DNA of 64,000 nucleotides from Alphaproteobacteria bacterium (lineage in GTDB: Bacteria; Pseudomonadota; Alphaproteobacteria; UBA828; JAPUJA01): assembly GCA_963694715.1 (NCBI GenBank), contig CAVOEB010000005.1:3447-67446 (forward strand), read 5' to 3'. The translations under genes and the position numbers were made by a program. Below are positions 55,347 to 64,000 of the stretch, one piece after another. Positions within the stretch are counted from its first letter, which is position 1; each line of letters opens with the position of its first letter. Below the pieces are notes generated by a model. It saw nothing but the letters and a program-made list of their open reading frames with translations. It made no database searches and was not told the origin of the DNA.

Positions 55347-56758
55347 GCGTCCGTCTCCAGTGGTCGGGCGGCGCGCAACAGCGCCGCGGCCTTGACGACG
55401 GTTTCGTCGAACTCCGCTGCCGGGTCGGAATCGGCGACGATTCCACCACCGACCCGGATACTGGCCTCGCCCGCACGAAGGGCGAGGGTACGGATGGCAA
55501 TGTTGAGATCTGCAGCGCCATCGGCGCCGAGAAAACCGATCGCGCCGAAATGGGGGCCGCGCGGCACGCCTTCGAGCGCGGTGATGATCTCCATTGCCCG
55601 AATCTTCGGCGCCCCCGTGATCGAGCCCCCGGGAAAGGTGACGCGCAGCAGGTCGATCGCATCCCGCCCGGCGTCGAGTTGGCCCGTTACCGTCGAGGTC
55701 AGGTGGTGGACCGTTGCGAAACTTTCGAGCACGCAAAGTTCACGGACATCGACCGTATGCGGCCGGCAGACCCGCGAGAGATCGTTGCGCAGCAGGTCTA
55801 CGATCATCACGTTCTCCGCCCGGTCCTTCTCGCTACCGAGCAGGGCCTGGGCCTCGTCACGGTCCTTCTCGGGCGTCGCGCCCCGGGGCCGGGTTCCCTT
55901 GATCGGGCGGGTCTCGACCCAGCCGTCGGACAGTTTCAAGAACCGTTCGGGCGAGGACGATGCGATCACGATCTCATCCAACCCCAGATAAGCGGCAAAT
56001 GGCGCCGGGTTGATGGCGCGTAAGCGCCCGTAGAGATGAAAGGGATGCAGCTCCGGCGGCAGGCTCGCACGCAAACCCCGCGATAGGTTCGCCTGATAGA
56101 TATCGCCCGCACGGATATGCTCGACGACCCGGGCGACCTTGGTCTCATACTCGGCGCGCCCGCAATCGGCTCGCCAGTTCGGCACCGGCCAATGCTTGGG
56201 GCGCGGCCCCATGGGCAGCGGGTCGCCGCTCGCACCACGCAACCGGGCTTCAAGGGCTTCGGCCCGTGCTCGTGCGCGTTTGGCTCCTGCGGCCCCGGAT
56301 TCGGGTTGGCCGCTCGAGACGATCCAGGCGCGGCGCGCCAGATTGTCGAACGCGGCAATGGTGTCGTAGAGGCCGACGGCCATGTCCGGAAACACAAGGT
56401 CACCCTTGGGCGCACGCGGGAGCCGCTCGAGATGATGGCCCAACTCGTATCCGAAATAGCCGAGCGCACCGGTCTGGAAGGGCGGCAAGTCGGGGACGGT
56501 CTCGGCCCGGATCGCTGTTAGCTCGGATTGAAGAAAATCGAAGGGCGGGCCCTCTCGGGTCTCGCCATCGACCGTCAGCCACCGGCCTTGTGCCGTTATC
56601 GTCCGCCAGGGATCGAGCGCAATGTAGGAATGGCGTCCCTGGCGCTCGCAGGTTTTCGCGCTGTCGAGGAACATGGCCCAGGGGTCGTCGGCAAAGGGCG
56701 TAAAGGCGGCGAAGGGGTCGAGATAGGGGATCTTGGCGATGTGGGGCCTAGACGACAT
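55343..56758 (-). CDS. pabB: Chorismate-utilising enzyme component I, probable aminodeoxychorismate synthase
   Basis: Start trimmed to the ATG at 56758. C-terminal FPGGSITGAPKIRAMEII...GGGIVADSDP motifs. Linked to pabA and a class-IV lyase. Confidence 0.75.
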   Translation of the reverse strand: MSSRPHIAKIPYLDPFAAFTPFADDPWAMFLDSAKTCERQGRHSYIALDPWRTITAQGRWLTVDGETREGPPFDFLQSELTAIRAETVPDLPPFQTGALGYFGYELGHHLERLPRAPKGDLVFPDMAVGLYDTIAAFDNLARRAWIVSSGQPESGAAGAKRARARAEALEARLRGASGDPLPMGPRPKHWPVPNWRADCGRAEYETKVARVVEHIRAGDIYQANLSRGLRASLPPELHPFHLYGRLRAINPAPFAAYLGLDEIVIASSSPERFLKLSDGWVETRPIKGTRPRGATPEKDRDEAQALLGSEKDRAENVMIVDLLRNDLSRVCRPHTVDVRELCVLESFATVHHLTSTVTGQLDAGRDAIDLLRVTFPGGSITGAPKIRAMEIITALEGVPRGPHFGAIGFLGADGAADLNIAIRTLALRAGEASIRVGGGIVADSDPAAEFDETVVKAAALLRAARPLETDA

Positions 56759-58064
56759 CGTCGAGCGCCGTGTCGATGGCATCGAATGCCCGGTGCAGAT
56801 CGGCATCGCCGATACAATAGGGCGGGATTAGATAAACCACGTTGCCCAGCGGGCGGATCAACAAGCCGCGCTCCATGAACCACTCCTTGAGCTTCGGGCC
56901 GATCGCAGCGCCGTAGCCCGCGTCGGCGCCCGTCACGTCGAACGCGGCGATAGAGCCCAGGATGCGCGGCCGGGCGACGTTGGGGCGGCCCGCGAGGCCC
57001 TGGAAGCGATCGCGGTATATCTGCTCGATCTCGGCGACACGGCCCAGCGAATTTTCTTCCTCGAAGATGTCGAGCGACGCGAGCCCGGCGGCGCAGCCGA
57101 TCGGATTAGCGGTGTAAGAATGGCCGTGAATGAACGCCTGATCAATGCTTTCGCCCAGGAAGGATTCGTAGATCGATTCGCGGCACACGGTCGCTGCCAA
57201 GGGCAGGAAGCCGCCGGTCAAGCCCTTGGCGAGACACACGATATCGGGTGTCACATCCGCTTTCAGGCAGGCGAACATCTCGCCGGTACGCCCGAACCCG
57301 GTCATGACCTCGTCGAAAATGAACAACACGCCCGCGGCGCGCAGGCGGGCTTCGATGGCGCGCAAGAATTCCGGCCGGCACATCCGCATGCCCGCGGCGC
57401 CCTCGACCAGCGGTTCGATGATCGCGGCCACGGTCTCCGCACCGGTGGTTTCAAGCTGGCGGTCGAGAGCGGCCAGCGCCGCCTCTTCCTTGGCCTCGAC
57501 CTCGAGGTCGCCCTCCCAGGTCGCCGGGTAGGGCACGATATCGACGGGGAACATCAGGTCGCGAAAAGGCTCGTAGAAGCCGCAGCTCTGGCCTACGGAC
57601 ATCGCACCCACCGTATCGCCGTGATAGCCGCCCTCGAAGGCGATGAAGCGGGTGCGCCCGGTCTCGCCCCGGTTACGAAACGACTGAAAGGCGATCTTGA
57701 GCCCGATCTCAACGGCCGTGGCGCCGCTGTCCGAATAGAACACCCGGCTGAGCGGCGCCGGCAACAAGTCCGTCAACCGTTTCGCCAGCGTCACGGCCGG
57801 CTCGTGGGTGAAGCCCGCGAACATCACATGTTCGAGCGCGGCGGCCTGCTCGGCGATGGCGCCCGCGATCTTGGGATGGCCGTGGCCGTGCATGTTGACC
57901 CACCAGGACGAAATCAGGTCGAGATACTCGGTGCCGTCGGCGGTGGTCAGCCGGGCCCCCTTGCCGCCCGTCACGACGACGGGACTGGGCGCCGTCTGGG
58001 CCTGGGTGAAGGGGTGCCAGACGTGGCGGGCGTCGTCCGCCAGAAGGTCGCGTTCGTTAGTCAT
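56748..58064 (-). CDS. bioA: Adenosylmethionine-8-amino-7-oxononanoate aminotransferase
   Basis: 438 aa with HVWHPFTQ, SSWWVNMHGHGHP and the PLP Lys in CLAKGLTGG. ATGA overlap with bioD. Confidence 0.9.
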   Translation of the reverse strand: MTNERDLLADDARHVWHPFTQAQTAPSPVVVTGGKGARLTTADGTEYLDLISSWWVNMHGHGHPKIAGAIAEQAAALEHVMFAGFTHEPAVTLAKRLTDLLPAPLSRVFYSDSGATAVEIGLKIAFQSFRNRGETGRTRFIAFEGGYHGDTVGAMSVGQSCGFYEPFRDLMFPVDIVPYPATWEGDLEVEAKEEAALAALDRQLETTGAETVAAIIEPLVEGAAGMRMCRPEFLRAIEARLRAAGVLFIFDEVMTGFGRTGEMFACLKADVTPDIVCLAKGLTGGFLPLAATVCRESIYESFLGESIDQAFIHGHSYTANPIGCAAGLASLDIFEEENSLGRVAEIEQIYRDRFQGLAGRPNVARPRILGSIAAFDVTGADAGYGAAIGPKLKEWFMERGLLIRPLGNVVYLIPPYCIGDADLHRAFDAIDTALDDVV

Positions 58065-58705
58065 GACGGGGTCACCTCGAAGCCGGGAATATGAGGCGGA
58101 GTCATAGCCGCCAGCGCGTCGGCGCTCAAGTCGTCGATATGCGGCAATTGGCCGATCACGGGAACGCGGCCGTAGGTCCCGATAGCTTCGCGGTTCGATT
58201 CGCTCGGCGGGCCGTTAATCACCACGCCGACCAACGGCAGTTTACGAACTCGAAGCGCCTCGATGCTGAGCAGGGTGTGGTTGATAGTGCCAAGGCCACT
58301 CCGTGCAACAAGCACGACGGGCAAAATGAGTTGGGCGATCAGATCGACCATCAGCGCGTCGTCGTTGAGTGGCACGAGCAACCCGCCTGCGCCTTCGACC
58401 AGCACCGGGCGGGGGCTGTCGGGCAACAAGAACGCGTTCATCCGGATTTCTACGCCGTCGAGCCGCGCCGAGAGATGCGGCGAGGCGGGCGTGTGGGTCT
58501 CGTACGCCGAGGGGTGAAACCGCTCCTCGGGCAATCCGGTCAGCCGGCGCACCGCCTCGGTGTCGGTCTCACCCTCGAGGCCCGACTGAACCGGCTTCCA
58601 GTAATCCAGGCCGAGCCCCTTCATCAGCCAGGCGGCGACCACCGTCTTGCCGATGTCGGTGTCCGTACCGGTCAAGAATAAACCGCGAGGGGACGACCTG
58701 CTCAT
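58061..58705 (-). CDS. bioD: Dethiobiotin synthase
   Basis: Start trimmed to the ATG at 58705, overlapping the bioF stop. Contains LFLTGTDTDIGKTVV (P-loop) and VEGAGGLLVP. Confidence 0.88.
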   Translation of the reverse strand: MSRSSPRGLFLTGTDTDIGKTVVAAWLMKGLGLDYWKPVQSGLEGETDTEAVRRLTGLPEERFHPSAYETHTPASPHLSARLDGVEIRMNAFLLPDSPRPVLVEGAGGLLVPLNDDALMVDLIAQLILPVVLVARSGLGTINHTLLSIEALRVRKLPLVGVVINGPPSESNREAIGTYGRVPVIGQLPHIDDLSADALAAMTPPHIPGFEVTPS

Positions 58706-59892
58706 GCCGTGCTTCTGTACTGTGCAGCCAGCCGGGGCAGTAGCGCGCCAACTGTCGCAATGTCTTCGTCCGAATGGGCGGCCGACGCGGCAAACCGCAG
58801 CCGCGCCGTACCGTTCGGGACGGTCGGCGGCCGGATGGCGATGGCGAGCACGCCTTCGGCTTCGAGAGCGCCGCCCAAGGCCAGGCACGCCTCCGCCTCG
58901 CCCAGAATGACCGGCACGATCTGGCTTGCCGATGCGCCGCAATCGAGGCCGGCGGCAGCGAAGGCTGCGCGCAAGGTTGCCCCGTGACGCAGCACCCGGG
59001 CCCGTTCGTCGTCGAGTTGGGGCAACAACTCAAGCGCCGCGCCGATCGCGCCCAGCACCGGCGGCGGCAGGGCGGTCGAATAGATCAGCCCGGCGCAGCG
59101 GTTGACCAGATAATCACGCAAGCTCTCGGAGCAGGCGACGTAGGCCCCGAAACTGCCCAGCGCCTTGCTAAACGTGCCCATGACGAAATCGACGCGCTCG
59201 CCGTATCCCGCCGCAAGGCCGAAGCCGCCCGGGCCGAACACGCCCGTCGCGTGCGCTTCGTCGACATAGAGAAATGCGCCAAACCGTTCGGCGAGCCCCA
59301 CCAGGTCGTCGAGATCGACGCAATCGCCGTCCACGCTGAAAACGGTTTCGGTGACGATGAAGCGCGGGCGCTTATCGCCGGCATCGCGGACCAGGAGCTC
59401 TTCGAGGTGGTCAAGATCGTTGTGCTGGTAGCGGATCTGACGCACGCCGGCGGCACGCAGGCCCAGATGGATGCTGGCATGATTGAGGCGGTCGGCGTAG
59501 ACTAGCGGCTCGGCGCCAAGCACCTGGTGGTCGAGCAACGCCGGCAGCACACCGGCGTTGGCCTGGAACCCCGTGCCCAGGATCAGCGCCGCGGGCTTTC
59601 CCTTGCCTCGCGCGAGTTGCGCCTCGAGCCCCTCGAACGGCTCGAGATTGCCGCACACCAGGCGCGACGCCGACGACCCCGTGCCCCAGCGCGCCGCCCA
59701 CTCCGATGCGCGCTCGATCAACAACGGGTGCTGGGCAAGGCCGAGATAATCGTTAGACGACAAGTTGACCATCGAGCGGCCCGCGATGACTGTACGTCCG
59801 CCCGCACTTGGGCCCATGGGGCGCAAACGGCGGCGCTGGGCTGGGTCGAGCCCGACGCAGACCTCGCTGTAAAGTCGTTCAATTTCGTTCAT
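58702..59892 (-). CDS. bioF: 8-amino-7-oxononanoate synthase
   Basis: Start trimmed to the ATG at 59892 (MNEIERLY; alternative 59907). Contains NDYLGL, DEAHATG and the PLP Lys in GTFSKALG. Confidence 0.88.
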   Translation of the reverse strand: MNEIERLYSEVCVGLDPAQRRRLRPMGPSAGGRTVIAGRSMVNLSSNDYLGLAQHPLLIERASEWAARWGTGSSASRLVCGNLEPFEGLEAQLARGKGKPAALILGTGFQANAGVLPALLDHQVLGAEPLVYADRLNHASIHLGLRAAGVRQIRYQHNDLDHLEELLVRDAGDKRPRFIVTETVFSVDGDCVDLDDLVGLAERFGAFLYVDEAHATGVFGPGGFGLAAGYGERVDFVMGTFSKALGSFGAYVACSESLRDYLVNRCAGLIYSTALPPPVLGAIGAALELLPQLDDERARVLRHGATLRAAFAAAGLDCGASASQIVPVILGEAEACLALGGALEAEGVLAIAIRPPTVPNGTARLRFAASAAHSDEDIATVGALLPRLAAQYRSTA

Positions 59893-60034
59893 CGCGCGGT
59901 GCCGCATCGTCCTGCCGTGGATTGCCAGAGGCCAACCGGCCCCACTGTCTTGCCTAGCCCCCGCCCTGTCAACGCGGACCGGTCGCAGGGCCGAAACGGC
60001 TTGCATTGAGGTCGCGCTCGGATACTTTAACGCC

Positions 60035-61066
60035 ATGGATGCCATCGAGGAAAACCCCACACAGTCGACAACGGCGACCGGGTCCAGTGCCGCGCGACGG
60101 ACCGCCGCCGCTTCCGCCGAGCCGTGGAGCCGCGAAGCGATAGCGGTGCTTTTCGAGTTGCCCTTCGCCGACCTCATCTTTCGTGCCCAGGGCGTGCATC
60201 GCGAGCATTTCGATGCCAATCAGGTGCAGGTGAGCTCGCTCAAGAGCATCAAGACCGGGGCCTGCCCAGAGGACTGCAAATACTGCCCGCAGAGCGCCCA
60301 TTATGATACCGGGCTCGCGCGCGAGGCGCTGGTGCCGCTCGACGAGGTAATGACGGCCGCCCGACGCGCCAAAGACGCGGGCGCAACGCGGTTTTGCATG
60401 GCCGCCGCATGGCGCGGCCCTCATGCACGCGACCTGCCCGCTGTGATGGAGATGATTGGCGCGGTCAAGAGACTGGACCTTGAGACCTGTGCGAGCCTCG
60501 GTCTGCTGGGCGAAGGCCAGGCGATTGAGCTCAAATCCGCGGGGCTCGACTACTACAACCACAACATCGATACCTCGGAAGAGTTTTACGGCCAGATCAT
60601 CACCACGCGGAGTTTCGACGACCGCCGTCAGACCCTGGACCAAGTGCGCGACGCCGGAATCAACGTGTGCTGCGGTGGCATCGTGGGCTTGGGCGAGGCG
60701 CGCACGGACCGGGTCGGCATGCTGCACGTGCTGGCCACCATGGCGCCGTCACCGGAAAGCGTGCCGATCAACCAGTTGATCCCGATCCCCGGCACACCGC
60801 TCGCGGCCGAACAGGCGCCCGACCCCTTCGAATTCGTGCGCACCATCGCGGTCGCGCGAATCGTCATGCCCGAGGCCATGGTCCGGCTCTCCGCCGGGCG
60901 CGAGCAGATGAGCGACGAGTTGCAGGCGTTGTGCTTTCTCGCAGGCGCGAACTCACTGTTCCTGGGCGAGGTGCTGCTGACCGCTGCCAACCCCGCGCCC
61001 GACGCCGATCGCGCACTGTTCGCGCGACTTGGCATCGAGCCGATGCCGGGCCGTCCCTCCGACTGA
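60035..61066 (+). CDS. bioB: Biotin synthase (radical SAM)
   Basis: 343 aa with [11 protein letters not shown] radical-SAM motif, NHNIDTS and [10 protein letters not shown]. Divergent from bioFDA. Confidence 0.93.
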   Translation: MDAIEENPTQSTTATGSSAARRTAAASAEPWSREAIAVLFELPFADLIFRAQGVHREHFDANQVQVSSLKSIKTGACPEDCKYCPQSAHYDTGLAREALVPLDEVMTAARRAKDAGATRFCMAAAWRGPHARDLPAVMEMIGAVKRLDLETCASLGLLGEGQAIELKSAGLDYYNHNIDTSEEFYGQIITTRSFDDRRQTLDQVRDAGINVCCGGIVGLGEARTDRVGMLHVLATMAPSPESVPINQLIPIPGTPLAAEQAPDPFEFVRTIAVARIVMPEAMVRLSAGREQMSDELQALCFLAGANSLFLGEVLLTAANPAPDADRALFARLGIEPMPGRPSD

Positions 61067-61086
61067 ATCGGCTGGCGTCAGATGTC

Positions 61087-61488
61087 CTAACAGCCGATCA
61101 CGTCTATGCTCTCACGGTCGTAACAGGCGAGATCGTTGGCGATTTCGGGTTGAACCCCGATCAGCGGTCCGATCGGATTGGGCGAATCGCGCAAGGCTTC
61201 GCCGATCCGTGCCCACGCCCCAGCCTTGGTCAGCGCGACCATGCTTTCTTCCATCTGGTTGACGCATTGCCGGTAGCCGAGGGTGCCGGGGTTGTGTCCC
61301 GCATCCCGGCACTTCTCACTTACCGCAACAACAAGGTCTTCTACGTCAGCAGCCTCACGCGCCACGGCGAGGGTCTCGTCCACCCAGGCCTCGGTTTCAG
61401 CCAGGGTCATGAGGCCCGCCATGCGCCCACAGGGATATTCCGTGCCCTCTGTATTACAGCGTTTGGAAGGCAGGGGCCGAAGGTTCAA
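61087..61488 (-). CDS. Hypothetical protein (Cys-containing, no recognised domain)
   Basis: 133-aa ORF in the lower-GC terminal segment. The sequence is protein-like, but I recognise no motif. An internal ATG (MAGLMTLAE...) is an alternative start. Confidence 0.35.
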   Translation of the reverse strand: MNLRPLPSKRCNTEGTEYPCGRMAGLMTLAETEAWVDETLAVAREAADVEDLVVAVSEKCRDAGHNPGTLGYRQCVNQMEESMVALTKAGAWARIGEALRDSPNPIGPLIGVQPEIANDLACYDRESIDVIGC

Positions 61489-61525
61489 CCGACCATTTTC
61501 TCACCGGCCAAATCCCGGGAAAAGG

Positions 61526-63376
61526 CTACACAGCCATACCGAGCGCCGTGTCGAGTTTGGTCTGGGCAGTCTTCTTGAACAGTAACCTGTTGTTGGGCAT
61601 CAGCAGAAAATCGAGACCGGACAACGCCAGCGTTCGCGCGGCATCTGCGGTCGTATAGTTCATCGGTTCGCCATGCAGGTTCAGCGACGTATTCAAAAGC
61701 GCTGCGACACCTGTAAATTTCCGAAACTGGTCTATCAATTCCCAATATTCAGGATTTGTGCCGCGGTCCACGAATTGCGGTCGCACGCTGTAGTCAGCCG
61801 GATGAACGGTCCCGGCGATCTCGTGGCGCTGTTCGGAATTACTCGCGAAGCCAATGGTCATGAAAGGGCAAACCGCGCCTTTCGGATTGACAAGATAGCG
61901 ATCGGCTTCTTCCGCCAATATCGACGGCGTAAACGGCATCCAGAAATCCCGGTTCTTGATGGAATCGTTGATCAGTTTGACGTTGGCAAAATTTGAAGGA
62001 TTCGCGAGGATCGACCTATTTCCGAGCGACCTGGCGCCAAACTCTGCTGGCCCGACGCATCTTGCCAGAACATGATCAGCAGCGAGAAGGCGGGCGGCGG
62101 AATCGGGGCCAAAATTCTCTCGAATACTAAAATCATCTGCTGACGCGCCGACTTCCGCCAGGCGGGACTGCCAGTCGTCTGCAACTGCCGGGTCACCCAG
62201 GTAAACGTGCCGCATTGGAAGTGGTTGTCTAGTTTCCGCTGTCCGAGCAAAACAGGCGCCGGCGCTAAGCGACTCATCGCCGCCTGACGCGGGGACAGAC
62301 ATCCAGTCGATCTCCGGCATTTTCAGAAGATCACCGTTCGTTTTGATATTCATCGACAAGCCGCCCGAGAAGCAAACCCCCCGTCGACCAGTTTTCTGCA
62401 GCCAGTGTCGCATCCACGCCTTACAAAGGCTGGTAGCCCAATTCTGGAGCGCCGCAGCAAAAACATCAAATCGGACGCCTTCCATCCGGTCCTTCAAATC
62501 GAAGTATGAATCTTTCAAGGGCCGGTCCGAGACAAATTCTCCACCCCGAAAATCTAGTGCTTCGAACAATACCTTCTCGGCAACCTCGATGGCACTCGTG
62601 TAGTTGGAATAGCCGGACAGACCCATCACTTTGTATTCATGCTCGTTGGGCTTCATGCCCATGATCAAGGTGGCCCATTTGTACAAACGCGCGACCACGT
62701 GCCCGGCTCCACTTCCCAGCTGCTCCAGGCGCCCGTTTTCATTAATAATCGAGGCACTCCAGTTGCACCCGTCGCCCCAGCCGTCCGCAGTGAGAACGAG
62801 TGCGTCCTTCAGTCGGGCATCGTCAAGCTGGCCGCCGTAGACCGCGTAATACGCATGGCAAGTGTGATGATCGATGGCATCGATAATCACGTCATCCCGG
62901 CATTGCAGGTGTCGCAGAACGGCTGCGGGGCGTTCCGTATCCACGAAGTACGCGACAGCTGCCTCGCCGGAAATGTCACCCATCCACGAAAAATCATAGT
63001 TTGCGCCCTGGTTCAGTTTTTCGCCGGCCCTGAATTTTTCCATCCAGTATGAGCCATCGTTAGGCCGGCCTTCGTAGAAATGCGGGTACCACAGGTCATG
63101 CTGTTCGCGCACATGTTCCGCGACGGAAAAATTTGAAAAACGATCCAGTGCGGCATAAACCGGGTCGGAGACCATGCCCCCAAATACGACCTGATCAATT
63201 CGCCCGGCATCGCCTTCCAAGTGCCGGTTGATGAGGCTCCTCGCGGCTGCAAGCGGAAATGCAACCTGATTTTTCTTCTTGCTGAACCGCTCTTCCTGAA
63301 TTAACCCGACGATTTCACTGTCAATCATTAACGCTGCGGATGAGCAATGCCCCGATGAAATTCCAAGAATAATCAT
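61526..63376 (-). CDS. Carbamoyltransferase, NodU/CmcH family
   Basis: 616 aa with N-terminal MIILGISSGHCSSAALM...GLIQEERFSKKKN (ASKHA/Kae1-like domain) and a C-terminal YrdC-like region (NTSLNLHGEPM). Confidence 0.85.
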   Translation of the reverse strand: MIILGISSGHCSSAALMIDSEIVGLIQEERFSKKKNQVAFPLAAARSLINRHLEGDAGRIDQVVFGGMVSDPVYAALDRFSNFSVAEHVREQHDLWYPHFYEGRPNDGSYWMEKFRAGEKLNQGANYDFSWMGDISGEAAVAYFVDTERPAAVLRHLQCRDDVIIDAIDHHTCHAYYAVYGGQLDDARLKDALVLTADGWGDGCNWSASIINENGRLEQLGSGAGHVVARLYKWATLIMGMKPNEHEYKVMGLSGYSNYTSAIEVAEKVLFEALDFRGGEFVSDRPLKDSYFDLKDRMEGVRFDVFAAALQNWATSLCKAWMRHWLQKTGRRGVCFSGGLSMNIKTNGDLLKMPEIDWMSVPASGGDESLSAGACFARTAETRQPLPMRHVYLGDPAVADDWQSRLAEVGASADDFSIRENFGPDSAARLLAADHVLARCVGPAEFGARSLGNRSILANPSNFANVKLINDSIKNRDFWMPFTPSILAEEADRYLVNPKGAVCPFMTIGFASNSEQRHEIAGTVHPADYSVRPQFVDRGTNPEYWELIDQFRKFTGVAALLNTSLNLHGEPMNYTTADAARTLALSGLDFLLMPNNRLLFKKTAQTKLDTALGMAV

Positions 63377-63796
63377 TTCGCGCTCAATCGGCAGTTGTTT
63401 TTGGTGGAGGGATAGTGTTGGGGTAATTTTCTATGTTCTGAATCGGACGCCAAATCTATTAACAACGGTTGATTATTTTCAAGATACTATCAAACCCATA
63501 GGTAACATAAGGCCCTAAACTCTGATCGGCCCCTACTACGCGCGCGCAAGGATGAAGGGGGTATAGCCCCCCTCGTGGCTGCCGTGGGTGCGTGTGCTAT
63601 CGCCCCATTGTGGTCCAGCCGCTTTACGAACCCGCCCAGTAACCGAGCGCCGGTTGGCAGACCGCTGGGGCGGCGAAGCTCACTCCGATGCGCACACGCG
63701 GTGCAGACTAGGTCACATTCACCCGCTTTGAAGCGACTACATACCACATGATCAACGCACGGGCGTTGGAGACAGCCAAGGCCAACTGAGTGATGG

Positions 63797-64000
63797 TTAG
63801 ATCGTTACCCGCCTAATCGGCTTCTCCACCTCCGCCCTCCACGACTGCGCTGTCGGATTTCTCCCCTTCTTCATCGTCTGCTTCAGTTTCCCTCGACGCG
63901 CCCTTTCCTTTTCCTTCACCGGAAGTGGGAGCCTCGCGTTTCCATTTTTCAGATCGAGCTTGGATTCCCCATTTTCGTCAGAGACGGCTAAACTTTCCCC
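63797..64000 (-). CDS. 3' end of an unidentified ORF entering from the right edge
   Basis: Open frame from 64000 to the TAA (complement of tta at 63797-63799): ...GESLAVSDENGESKLDLKNGNARLPLPVKEKERARRGKLKQTMKKGRNPTAQSWRAEVEKPIRRVTI. No recognisable family. Confidence 0.3.
   Translation of the reverse strand, partial: GESLAVSDENGESKLDLKNGNARLPLPVKEKERARRGKLKQTMKKGRNPTAQSWRAEVEKPIRRVTI

Noticed and set aside
5656-60219. Long 5' extensions of track ORFs (5656, 8993, 13639, 27393, 43296, 44747, 48121, 55736, 56806, 58942, 60219).
   Set aside because: The extensions overlap upstream genes or intergenic DNA and are Arg-rich. Internal starts with RBS-like sequences or 4-nt stop/start overlaps give canonical protein N-termini, so the starts were trimmed.
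63490-63800. The 85-aa ORF (63490-63747), or alternatively tmRNA, RNase P, SRP or a group II intron, in this block.
   Set aside because: The ORF translation is low-complexity and lacks motifs. I found no GGGGC...T-arm...CCA tmRNA ends, no RNase P GAGGAAAGTCC box, no SRP GGAA motif, no intron domain V hairpin, and too little space for an intron.
1-64000. CRISPR arrays, rRNA operons, IS elements, prophage or defence islands.
   Set aside because: Scanning both strands by eye, I saw no periodic direct repeats, no 16S/23S-like conserved stretches, no transposase or integrase motifs (DDE, tyrosine or serine recombinase), and no nuclease/ATPase pairs typical of defence systems.

Overview
High-GC (roughly 63-65% by eye) chromosomal segment with about 60 genes. 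Gene content and synteny look alphaproteobacterial: thrS-infC-rpmI-rplT, SUV3-like helicase-S4-fdxA-carD-rpoH, queG, htpG, surE and bioB/bioFDA. Housekeeping blocks alternate with amine and ketone catabolic genes. These include a dimethylglycine-dehydrogenase-like enzyme, a trimethylamine-dehydrogenase-family enzyme, two M24 peptidase-fold genes, a PuuB-like FAD oxidase, a PhyH dioxygenase, a BVMO, an amidase and an omega-transaminase. There is one tRNA-Arg(CCU). I saw no rRNA, CRISPR array, transposase, integrase or recognisable defence system.

The most system-like signal is a pair of operons on either side of surE and a FadR-type GntR gene. One encodes BCCP, biotin carboxylase, an atypical pyruvate-carboxylase-type carboxyltransferase, a BVMO, an amidase and an APH-fold kinase. 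The other encodes a thiolase-like protein, an omega-transaminase and an SDR. Both are preceded by the same 13-bp palindrome, ATTGTC-N-GACAAT, which suggests one uncharacterised catabolic regulon.

The second theme is dense gene decay, with six lesions:
- a frameshifted S4/Hsp15-like gene;
- a putA 3' remnant;
- a C9 homopolymer that uncouples the 5' end of an FAD oxidase;
- back-to-back 5'-truncated GMC-oxidoreductase and MDR-dehydrogenase remnants, which look like a deletion scar;
- an orphan encapsulated-ferritin-like gene interrupted by an in-frame TAG.

The last ~3 kb (61.07-64 kb) is a lower-GC, probably acquired segment carrying a NodU/CmcH carbamoyltransferase. All functional calls come from reading translated motifs by eye; no database search was run.
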